From positions 92,568,001 through 92,632,000 of the forward strand of contig NW_024704743.1 of NCBI RefSeq assembly GCF_018977255.1: 64,000 nt of DNA, read 5' to 3'. Source of the stretch: Callorhinchus milii (lineage: Eukaryota). A model generated the notes under the pieces. That model was not told the origin of the DNA. It did not search any database and saw only the letters and a list, made by a program, of their open reading frames with translations. Positions 24,743-35,260 of the stretch are shown here, one piece after another. Position 1 is the stretch's first letter; every line of letters starts with the position of its first letter. A program made the translations under genes and the position numbers.

Positions 24743-26632
24743 GATAGATTACTGTACAATTGCAGACATATCTCAGTTTCCCTCTTTGCTGTTTATTTCC
24801 TACCCTTAAGACCATTGATTGGAAGTAGTCCAGGAGCATTTTGTGTAATACTTTGATCTTTGATCTCAAGAAACGGTCAGTGCATTATAAATAGATTTTC
24901 TCCATATGTCTGAAGATATATTGTTTTGACCATACATTCAGCCATATTCCCCCCCCCCCCATCAGCTCCCACCCTGAGCTTGGAAAATAAGGAATAGATG
25001 ACAGACATATTTTAAAATCACTGTTCAGATTGTGGAGCACTTTTCCTTTTTTTGTGTTTGGCTCTGATGGGTCTCTCACTGGCCTTATGCATGTGTACAA
25101 AGAACTTGACTGAAAGTTTGGAGTGGCTGGTATAGATGGTTTCACAGTGACCATTCTAACAGTTCTCTCTTATTCATGTCCAGCTTGTTGCTGCATGATA
25201 ATATCACCAACAAAATCAAGTCACGTTCGGGGTAGAACTCCAATAACAATCTTGAAAAGGTTCCAATCTATTAGACTTTTTGGATAAACTATATAATGGC
25301 ACAGTAGTGAGTAAGCTCTATAACTTTACCTTCCCTAACTTGGCTGTCTCTAATTCCCTGAGATCATGAAGCTTCTGAAGATGCACATGGCTTGTATGCC
25401 TGGTCGCTATGACTATCTCACTTACTGGTCAGATTACTCATGTATTGGCTGTGCCCTCAATAATTTCACCCTGTGTGAGAGAGATTCTTAAAGCCATGGG
25501 AACGTCACACAAACATTAATGAAGGTTGGGGTTTGTATTTTCCTTGTAATTGAACCCCATCCCCTTTAGTGGGCAAACACATCCTTGGTGCTGTCAGTAA
25601 AGTAACTTGCAATTATGTCTTACTTAGCAGCTGATTTTCTTCCAAGAAAAGGGCAAGTGTACAAGTGATCAGGTTTCATTATCATCAATGCCTGGAAGCT
25701 GAAAAACAAAGGTAACTTTAAATGCAGTGTAATCTAATTGCATCCACTTATTTCTGAGGAGTGAAAAATCCCTGCAGTAATGTACAAAAGATGGAGCGCT
25801 CCCATTAATTCTATTTGTTTCAATAAGGGAAGATTATGCAGTGACCTTTACCTCAGCCAGCCCACAATCTCCATTTTTAATCATTATGCAAGCAACAATC
25901 GGAATTCTTCCTGACACTCTCCTCCTTTGGGGGCAATTAGACAATAACAAATTCACTGGCAAATCTGTAAACCTCATCTGTAGTGCAGTTGCCTGAAATA
26001 ACAGAATCACTGGGCTGCAGTATCTAGTGATTTTTGACTTCTTGCTCCAGAGAAATCTTATTCCGATATATGTCCTCAATAACCCCCATTGCGCCCGCCA
26101 CACCCACCCCCCCCCCCCCCCCCAATCTCCTCGCCAAACACACCAGAGCTGTGGGAAAGAAACATCTCACCAGAAACTCTCAGAGCAGACTTGTTAATGT
26201 CTTTCTGGTTTATAGCAGGTGTGTCAGAGTGCTGAACACGGTTATTGTTTCACATTGGCTACAGAAGGGCCTAACTAGGGATTGGGTAATGTGCAATGCT
26301 TCTCTGTAATTGCCTACACATCTATGAATTATGCAACGAATAGTTTCCTGGAGGAAAAGTTCCAGTTGGTAACTTATTTATCATCGGCATCTATTATTTC
26401 CAAGAGACAGGAAACACAATGTAGAAGCACTCACTGATGCCCACTATGACTTCTGCTGATAACAGCACTTCCCGGAGAAGAAAAATTAGAAAAAAATCGG
26501 GACTGGAACTCCAGCCATGCAGTGATTTTCTGCTTAAGGTGAGTTGAGCAATTTCACAATCGTAATATTAGAAAACAATGGGAACCTAGATATGATTAGA
26601 ACACAGCAATGAAACTGAGGAGTTGAAAAGAT

Positions 26633-27083
26633 ATAATAATAGTAATAATCCTTACATTTGGTATAGTGTCCTTCATGTTGGGAGGATGTCTCAAAGCGCT
26701 TCACAGGATTCACTGTAAGATGTAGTCACTTATTTTGTTGCCAAATGCAGCAGCCAATTTTGTGCAAAATAATGTCCCACGAACAGCCATGAAATGAATG
26801 ACCAATTTTACTTGGTAGATTGCTGGCCAAGAGAATCTCCCTTCACTTTTTGAATAGTGCTGTGGGATCTTTAACATCTACCTAAACAGGCAGATAGGAC
26901 CTCAATTTAACTAATTTAACTTCAATTGCATAAAAAGGTCAGAACCGCCAATAATGAACCCCCCCATCACTGCACTGGAGTGTCAGGTGAGACTATGTGA
27001 GTTTCAAGTCCCAATGTCAGGCTTGAAAGCACAACCTGCTGACTCAGAGGCGAGAGTGTTACCATCTGACCCAGACTGACACC
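26633..27083 (-). mobile_element. SacSINE1-type Deu-domain SINE, near full length
   Basis: Head GTGTCAGTCTGGGTCAGATGGTAACACTCTCGCCTCTGAGTCAG on the minus strand, Deu core and tail. Confidence 0.82.
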
Positions 27084-28618
27084 TACGTCAGGCTGACATG
27101 CAAAAGATACTTCAAAAATTATAGATGGAGCAGTTAATAGATGTTCTGTGTAGCCCCAGAGAAGATGTCAGCCTCGGAAACTCTCCACAAACGGTTTAGC
27201 ACAGAAGCCTGCCAATCAAAGTGCAAGAGGTGTTATGCTCCTGATACCTCAGCAACCTCTGCTCTATGCGGGGTTGGGGCTCACCTGGAGAATAAACACT
27301 GGCATGGATTAGTTAGGTTGAATGACCTGTTTCAGAGCTGTATCACTTTATGTAACTCTATATTAAATTGCTCTATTCTTTGTAACCAGGATTCATCACT
27401 CGCACAAAAAGCATGGTGGGATATGTGATTTGTTGCATTGACTGCAAGTGCTCACCTATTCACAGGTTCCAAAGAGTTTCCTTGTAGGAGGATTAATCAC
27501 CTTTATGTGACAAAGCAACTGGGGAAAACTGTGGGACTGTATTTCTAAACGTTCCTTCATTATCAATGGAGATAATTAAGAATCGACTGTAAAATCTCTT
27601 TAATCACGGACTGGGGACTGGATGCCCTCTAACTTTGGGAGAATGGTTTTCTCTCAGTTTTCTCACAGGCAATTTACCATTTTTAAAACCTTTTTTTAGC
27701 AAGAGTTTATAATTTGAATTCCCAGCTGTTAAAAGTTTGCAGAATACACATTTGGTGCTTCTTTGCTAGCTACTGCCTTGATAATAAGTTTAAAAGTGAA
27801 AATCTAAAGCTGTTAAAAACTGTTCTAGTGACTGGAATCAAAATCTCTTGCCTCATTAATTTATCAAGCACTCCAGGATTCTACCTGCGTGAAAGACGCT
27901 ATATAAATGCAAGTTGTTTTGAAAAGATGGCTGTAAAATTGACTGTGAGTTGTCTGAGGGGGAAACCATTTATCAGAGTTAGGTGGGATGTTAAGTCATG
28001 AATTTACCAGTAATGACTAGTTTAAAAGGACACATTTTGCACTATTCCTTAATTTTTGCCAGTGATAATTAAGGAATGGAATACATTTAGGAAAAACATA
28101 CTTTTGAACCTAATGTTTCTTAATTCAATAAAATTTCATCAACTGTTCAGAAAATGCAGAAAATATAGTGAAAGCATATCCCTAATGTATCTACATACAT
28201 TCCTTGCACTTGATATAGTACCTTTACTTGACAAAATTGCATCGGACAGGAGGCTGGGATCGTGAGGATGTCCCCAAACAGGATTGCAAAAACAGGGGAA
28301 AAAATGTTTTTGCAATACAGACAAGAGCGAACCATTTGGTGGGACTGGAGCAGCGCAGGAAGCCTGGAGCTTTTGTGCTGATGGTCTCCCGCGGAGATTG
28401 TGCCTGCAGCAGAGACTGAGCCTAGAGGCGAGGTACTAGCTGGAGAATTGGCTTTACGGCCTCACGCGGCAAGCGGGTCTAGAGTGGGGATCGAGGACAA
28501 CACTGGCATGGGGTCCGAAGCCCCCGCAACAGCAACCAGATCCAATGCAGGGATTGAGGCCTACCTCCATTACTCCCACTCAACTCTTCTCTCTTACCAC
28601 TCTCCCCGCCTCCTATCC

Positions 28619-28798
28619 TTTTCTCTTCGACAGTGCCTTCAGCTCCCCTCTCGACTCTCAACCCCCTCCTCGCTCCCTCCCTCCCTCCCCTCACCCTAAC
28701 CATTTCCCCCCTAATCGGGTCCTGACCCAACTGTACAGCGCTTTGGGACATCCTCCCGACGCGAAAGGCGCTCAATAAATGGAATCTTGTTGTTGTTG
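28619..28798 (+). mobile_element. Young L2 3' end inserted into the older L2
   Basis: Matches the 3' end of 14721-15462 (from ~15195) with a single UTR unit; (TTG)n tail; possible TSD TATCC at 28614-28618 and 28799-28803. Confidence 0.85.
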
Positions 28799-28885
28799 TA
28801 TCCCTGCTCGACAGTCCCATTGATCGAAGCCACAACGCCTGGCTACCACCTTCCATCATACCCCACAATCTAACCGCCATGGTGG

Positions 28886-29929
28886 TGTTAGAAAATAAAA
28901 TCAGCCAAATCTGTAAGGAAATAACGCTAATTCCTCTAACCAGATATCAGACTGTTTTTTATTATTCGTTCGTTATTCCCCAATATCCCGATGGGTCAGA
29001 CCAAAAGCCGGTACAATCAACAGATCATATAATAGAATAACACCACTATAGATATCTCGAGTTCAAGAGTTCAACACTGTGTCTTTCCAGCACACAAGCT
29101 TGATTCTTCATGCTTTCAGTCTTCTTGCTTACAGCTTTCAATCTTCCATCTGATATCCTCAGTCTTAGTGTTTCTAGCTCACAGTCTTCCATCTCGGTAC
29201 CCTTGTCTCCGCAGCCCGGGATGGCCCCATCTCCCGTACCCTTGGCTCCGCAGCCCGGGATGGCCCCATCTCCCGTACCCTTGTCTCCACGACCCGGGAC
29301 GGCCCCGTACACAAAGTTAACGGAACTCTTATACTAATGTTCATCCAATCATGGTGCGGACGTTAGATCACCAGGTTGAAATCATGCTGGGTTCACGTGA
29401 ACACCTCAGGGGGTGTACGTGCCTCAGCCCACATACACATTGTCTTTAAGAACCCTGTTATCTGATCTAATTGTCTAAGATAGAGGATTGATCAGGTTAG
29501 GACTGTATCTCGTGCTCATTATTTTGTGGTGTGGGATCATCAGTACATTCCTTTTAAGTGACTGGTTATTTCTTATCAGTATCCCGGGATGGTACCAAGG
29601 CCCTCTAGTTTAAGCAACTTGCTCATTAATTGCTATTCTTGAGGGTTGCCTTCTGTCGGTTGGCCCTGTCAGAATCTAGCGACTTATTGCTCAGTCGAGA
29701 TCCTGTGTCGACTGGTACCTTGGACCGTTACCTCTGTGGGCTTGTTGTCATTTACTGATAAGAGGTGACCCCCTGCCCCTGTCCGTTATTCTTTCAAAAA
29801 CAGAGAAAACCAGATGTGTCCTATCCCATGACTGTCAGTCCAGTTGTCCCCCACACTTAACTTAAAAATTAACCCATTCACAACATTTATTATGATTCTA
29901 GCAGTATACAAAAAGTGTATATTCTAACA
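28886..29929 (-). mobile_element. Solo LTR (1,044 bp) of an ERV or Gypsy-type element
   Basis: TG...CA termini with an 11/12 inverted repeat (TGTTAGAAAATA / TATATTCTAACA). Perfect 4-bp TSD GTGG at 28882-28885 and 29930-29933. Minus-strand order is ATTGG (29345-29349), TATAAG (~29328-29333), AATAAA (~28958-28963). Confidence 0.88.
29189..29306. repeat. 39-bp tandem repeat x3 within the solo LTR
   Basis: GTACCCTTGTCTCCGCAGCCCGGGATGGCCCCATCTCCC starts at 29197, 29236 and 29275. Confidence 0.9.
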
Positions 29930-31236
29930 GTGGCAGTGTGGCACTCATCTCCCAGTCCCCACTCGGCCTATTCCCTTCTTTGAGAACTTTACCCTCTACC
30001 ATCCTTCCAAACTTTCCGTCATAATCCTCCTTGTTTATAATCCCTGCAAACCCTCCCCCACCTTCCTCTTGGACATTTCCATTCTCCCATCTTCCCTCTG
30101 CCTCTGCTCCGAGTGCCTACTCATCCTAGGCTACTTCAACCTGTACTTCACCACCTCCTGCTCTATCTCCGCTGAATTCTCCTGTCTCCTCTCTCAACCT
30201 TTCCCTCCACATCCACTCCGGCACCCATGTCCATGTCCACCCGCTTGGTGATTACCCAGGTCCTCAAAATCTTGGACCTCACCAACAAAGGTCAGACCAT
30301 TACTTCATCTCCCTTAACTTCTCATTCCCTCTCCCCACCACTACCCAACCCACCTGCATCTCCTACTGCCCCTGGAAAAAGAATCTCTCCCCGTCCCTCC
30401 TGCCTTGGAGTCATCTGAATTCCTCCCCCTCTGGGGTTCCTCCTGCAATGATATATTATTCGCCTCAGTCTCTCTCCTCCACAACTCCCTCTCCAGCACT
30501 CTCGATGCCCTTGTTCCCCTCACTTCCTGAACCGCCTCCTATGCATGGAAGTCACCCTGTTACACCAGCCACCTCCGCTCCCTCAAGGCACAGGTGCATA
30601 TCGCCAAACGCACCTGGCTCAAATCTAACTTAACAGTCTACCTGCTAACTCAAACCCATCGCTATCCCTCTCCTTACCTACCAGCTTCCGCTCCTTGCCC
30701 CCCTACTCACAGACATTGCAAACCTCTCCCTGTCCACTAGCATCGCTTTGAAAACGTCCGCCATCACTCCTATCCTTAAAAAACCCTCCATGGACCTATC
30801 TCTGCTCTCAAATTACTGCTCCATTTCCAACCTCCCTTTCCTTTCGAAAGTCCTGTAATGAGTCGTTGCTTCCCAGCTTCGCTCCTTCTTCTGCCGCCAC
30901 TCCAATCGGGTTTCCGTCCTGCCCACAGCACAGAAACAGCTTTGGTCAAAGTGACAAATGACATTTTGTCCATCTGCGATCAGGGCTCCCTCTGCCTCCT
31001 CGTCCTCCTTGATCTCTCTGTTGCTTTCGATACCGTTGACTGCTCTATCTTCCTCCACCGCCTCTCCTCTCATCTCAACCTTCAATTTCTGTCCTTGACT
31101 GGTTCAAATCCTATCTCTCACAGTGTCTCCACTGCATCTCCACAAACGGCTTCTCCTCTAGCTCCTGCACCTTCTTGTGCGGCGTTCCTCAGGGCTCTGT
31201 CCTTGGTCCCCTCCTCTTCAATATTTATATGCTCCC

Positions 31237-31358
31237 GTGGACCTGAAATGTTGACTCACTTTCCTTTCTCCATAGGTGCTGCCTGACCTGCTGAATGTTC
31301 CCAGCAACTTCTGTTTCTGTTTCAGATTTCCAGGATCTGCAATATTTTGCATTTTGTC
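31237..31358 (+). mobile_element. Penelope-like terminal repeat fragment with 11-bp TSD
   Basis: GTGGACCTGAAATGTTGACTCAC...GCTGCCTGACCTGCTGA; TSD TATATGCTCCC at 31226-31236 and 31359-31369; it interrupts the L2 RT. Confidence 0.82.
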
Positions 31359-31674
31359 TATATGCTCCCACTTGGTGATATCATCTGCAGACACGGGGTC
31401 AACTTTCACATGAATGCAGATAACACCCAACTCTATCTCTGCCTCCACCCTCAACTGACATCAAGTCCTGGATGAGAGCTAACTTTCTACAGCTAAATAT
31501 GAACAAGACCGAGGCCTTCCTGATTGGCAAAAGTCAGCACCTCTACACCTCAGGCACTGCCAGCAATACCATCCAAGGATGCACACTCTGTCTCACCGAG
31601 CCAGTTTGGAAGCTTGCCGAGACATTTATTCCTGGCCACTGTAACTCTGCATCTAAATTTTACGACTGTATACA

Positions 31675-31860
31675 ATAATAATCCATGCAGTTGATATAGC
31701 ACCTAATCACATTGATGAGACATCACAAAGCCCTTCACAGGATGTAGTGTAAAGTGGATTGACTGTATTTTGTAGGCAAAATGCAACAGCCAGTTGCACA
31801 CAGCGATGTCACACAAACAGTCATGAAATGAGTGACCAATTTTATTTTGGGGGATTATTA
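31675..31860 (-). mobile_element. Deu-SINE 3' fragment
   Basis: Tail and Deu 3' part on the minus strand. Confidence 0.7.
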
Positions 31861-32982
31861 GCTAGGTGAAGGAGCTTTAAATCATTGTTCTTGTTCATTA
31901 GTTTATAAAATGTTCTTACTTTCATCGGAGCCAAATGCTTATCCAGGCCTGATGAATAGAGATTGATCGCTTTTTCACCAGATACAATCTTACAAAAGAC
32001 TAAAAGTTTTCTTTCATTAAAACATTTACCTGGGGTACTAGTGTTTATCCAATTTACCGCTAATTTATAATTTACTTCTAAAACAGGGGATTGACATGAT
32101 TGTGTTAGAGGCACAGTCCCTCCCCCCTTAGAAAAGCAGATGTGACAAGAGGGAAAGAGAAACAGCAAAACAGAAATCAAGGGAAAACTCAAAATCCTTG
32201 GAAAATGTCATCACATCAGTCTCTGGTGCAGCTACTGAATGTCCTCAGATTTGTGTTCAACAGTTCTCTTTTGACTGTTTCCAGCTGCTTTCTTCCTTAA
32301 CCTGGACTCATTCACTGCTACAGAGATTTTCCTTTGTGGAAACCCTTTCCCCATTGCCACACTATCCACTGCTGCTTCTCAATTGAAAAATAAATTATTA
32401 ACTGTAATAATCATGTTCCATTCTATTGTCCCACCAAGTTTTAGCTTAATGGTTGGTTAAATCATCCCATCAGAAGTGAATTGATGTGTATGAAAAGTAA
32501 GACTTTAACAAGCAGAAATGAGCCACTGGTACTAAAGAGGGAAAGACATTCTAACTGTGTCTACATTTACTTTATTCACATAGTATTTTATACCATGCAG
32601 AATTTGAAGCATTATTGAATTTAATCTTAATTTTGAAGCTGTTTTACATAATTCTGAAAATAAATTTACAAAGAAACAGCTTTAAACTTACTTTACCAAG
32701 TTCTGGCTGCTCTGAAATGATACATAAATGGCAAGGCTAGATGGGATTCCTACATGTTTACCATTCTTTATAAGAGTATTAAAGAGATCCAGGATCATCT
32801 TGGGACTGCTCACACATTTTTTAAAACATCTTTTTTTAACAAAATATCTATTTATTTGTTGATATATATTTACACTTGTCTCACAGTATTAAACTCGTTA
32901 CAGAAGAAAAGACGCAACAGGTTATTATTCCGTTACAAGACGCAATAGACCTGGCCCCTTGTGGCACGGGGGTTGCCTCTGC

Positions 32983-33312
32983 TCACTCCACTTTGGTGGA
33001 GGGACTAAGGCTTCCCTGGCTCGGTATTCTGCGGTTTTTTTGCAGGGCACAATTACAAATGAGGTCTTCTACCACCCTTCCTATTCCTCCCCTCTTTGTG
33101 GGGATTGTGGACAGATTCACAGCACACAGGATATGCCCACATGTTTTTGGAACGCTCCCTTTAAGACAGTCGGGAATCGCCCCTGTGTTCATTACATCGA
33201 CGTGTGTGCCCGAACACACCCTGATAAGGTTCACTTGCCACTTTTGGATGGCTCCCTGATGTGCATCATACGCACACATTGTTATGTTTTCAACAAACAA
33301 TGTGTAGAACAC
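32983..33312 (-). CDS. Hypothetical Cys/His-rich small protein (candidate element-encoded ORF3), copy A
   Basis: 109-aa ORF. Its core QKWQVNLIRVCSG...TGAIPDCLKGSVPKTCGHILCAV has a paralogue at 33891-34038 with codon-periodic divergence. Confidence 0.4.
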   Translation of the reverse strand: MFYTLFVENITMCAYDAHQGAIQKWQVNLIRVCSGTHVDVMNTGAIPDCLKGSVPKTCGHILCAVNLSTIPTKRGGIGRVVEDLICNCALQKNRRIPSQGSLSPSTKVE

Positions 33313-33890
33313 TCTTTTATTTTAGGTCTCCAGTTACAAAATGCAACAGTCACACCAAACAACCTCCACTCAGTTCTCCCTACTTCCTGTTTTTTCTCCC
33401 TCCTGATCTCCTTCCAGTGGTCCTAGTCAATTGATCCTTATTTATTAATTAGTATCCAACACACGTGTTTACCCAAGCACACATCCGGAAACCTCGCAAA
33501 CACAAGCCCATACATATACACTAAATACCCAACCAGACCCACCCTTGTTTTGTTCTCTTTTTCTACAGGGAGCAGTTGCATGGGTGGATTACTCCAGGCT
33601 CTGCCGTCCTTTTACAGGGCGGTAAGCCTCACTCCCTGTTGCTCCCCCCTTTATGGGGGAGGCAGGCAGGCAGACATACATCTCAAATATCCCATAATAC
33701 TTATAAAACTGAATAAACATTCTTTTTACATTTATTTATTTATTTATCGGTTTTTAAAATATATATGTATTTATAAATATAATATTTGTTACAACAGAAA
33801 TCTAAAATAAACACAACGTACAACACCTTCTGTTACCATTTTTCCCCTTCCCCCGATATAAAAAACATTCTGTTATTTACAGTACATTCC

Positions 33891-34038
33891 TTCACCGCAC
33901 AGAGGTTGTGCACACTTTTTTNGGAACACTTCCTTTAAAACAGTTGAGAGTTGCCCCTGTGTACACCAGATCCATGTCAGCGCCTGCGCATACTCTAATA
34001 AGGTGCACTTGACGCTTTTGGAAGGTGCGCGTACGTGC
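33891..34038 (-). pseudogene. Paralogue (copy B) of the hypothetical Cys/His-rich ORF
   Basis: Encodes QKRQVHLIRVCAGADMDLVYTGATLNCFKGSVPK, then a 1-nt shift at the T-run next to the N (33922), after which C.HNLCAV continues. Confidence 0.4.
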
Positions 34039-34724
34039 ACATGTTTACTGCACATACATTTTTGAGATGCTCTTTGGTTACATCTCGAGCGTCCTTCTGT
34101 ACCCTCACATTTAATTTGGTGCGCTCATGGGCTACCCAGTGGGTGCGCCCTGAGCGTTTTTTGACACAGTGGCTCCTGTGCCATGGTTGAGCCAAACTTC
34201 AGCTCGTCCCTCAGTATACAATCCCTGATCCTAGCGAAGTCGAGCTTGAGGCAGGCCCTCACCGTGTCCTCGTTCTTTAAATTTAAAACAAGTTGTCCTG
34301 TCCATTAATGAGCTTTTTGAATGATACTCTTGCTTAATATTACTCTCATCATCAACAGCACCATCTCTTCTACAGGGTACATTCCCTCCAGACATTTCCT
34401 GCTCTCAGCAGCACTCTTAAATGTGCCAGCTTGAACCGACTCCTTAATTAGCAAATGCACGCTGTGATGCAATGTCCCTCTTCTTTGTTTAGAGAATGGC
34501 AAAGAACAGAAAATCCATACATTAAAATAAATTTGCATATGTTGGAAACAAAACTCCATCGTACTCAAATCAGAACATCTTAGTGCCATAATAAATCTCA
34601 CTACAGAATTTGCAATCACTCACCTTTTGCTTGGAGGGTGCTGTGGTCTACGTTGCAGATTGTGTTAACCATGTGGAAATGTCAGGAGTCCAGAGGGAAT
34701 TCTAGATGCTCTTAGTTATATCAA

Positions 34725-34916
34725 ATAAAATTGCTCACTCACTCCATGGCTATTTGTAGGACATTGATGTGTACAAATTGGCTACCAAGTTTCACCCACA
34801 AAATACACAGAACCACATCACTTTACAGTATATCCTGTGAAGTGCTTTGAGACATCTCAAAAACTTGATAAAGCATATATCGAATGCAAGAATTATTATA
34901 TTTATTATTATTATTA
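34725..34916 (+). mobile_element. Deu-SINE 3' fragment
   Basis: AAATTGCTCACTCACTCCATGGCTATTTGTAGGACATTG... followed by an (ATT)n tail. Confidence 0.75.
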
Positions 34917-35009
34917 CTAGAGTCAACTGCTATTCTTTTTACTGCTTGTTAATCACTTAATTCAGGGCAGCTGTCAGATCTCATTTGAAGCATTGCCCAG
35001 TTTTGCGCA

Positions 35010-35260
35010 CTCAACTTTTGGAAGGATGTACTAGTTTTGAGTGTGTCCACTGCTGGTTAACTAGATTATCAACTGGGCTGAACAAACTCAGCTATGATGA
35101 AAGTCTTGGTAAAAGGGGGTTATATTCCTTAAAGCAGAGAAGGTTAAGCAGTGAATTGATTGTGGTATTTAAAATTATGAAGGAATTCATAAGTTAGACT
35201 GATTGATTCTTCCCCGTTTCAAAGGGATCCATTCCAAGGGGACTTAGCAATAAAATCAGA
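35010..35260 (+). mobile_element. CR1 LINE fragment
   Basis: LSYDESLGKRGLYSLKQRRLSSELIVVFKIMK matches the CR1 ORF2 C-terminal motif. Confidence 0.75.

Larger units (their letters stand above)
28340..31615 (+). mobile_element. Long decayed L2 LINE (APE endonuclease + RT) with three nested insertions
   Basis: EN motif RHGGSVALI is restored after removing the LTR. RT motifs [47 protein letters not shown], a YADD-like NADNTQLY and NFLQLNMNKTEAFLIG are present, with many frameshifts. Confidence 0.88.
32817..34304 (-). mobile_element. Tx1/L1-clade-like non-LTR retrotransposon 3' portion with a long 3' region
   Basis: Minus frame 34304-34125 encodes WTGQLVLNLKNEDTVRACLKLDFARIRDCILRDELKFG, resembling the Tx1 ORF2 C-terminal motif as I recall it (C.RL....V.DY.LRD.LKLG). 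AATAAA at 32851-32856 is followed by an A-run at 32831-32837. The region is CpG-rich relative to its flanks. Confidence 0.55.

Noticed and set aside
29189..29306. CRISPR-like array
   Set aside because: The repeats are head-to-tail with no unique spacers, in a eukaryotic LTR.
29046..29337. Repetitive Gly/Pro-rich ORFs on both strands
   Set aside because: They are a by-product of the 39-bp (multiple of 3) tandem repeat inside the solo LTR.
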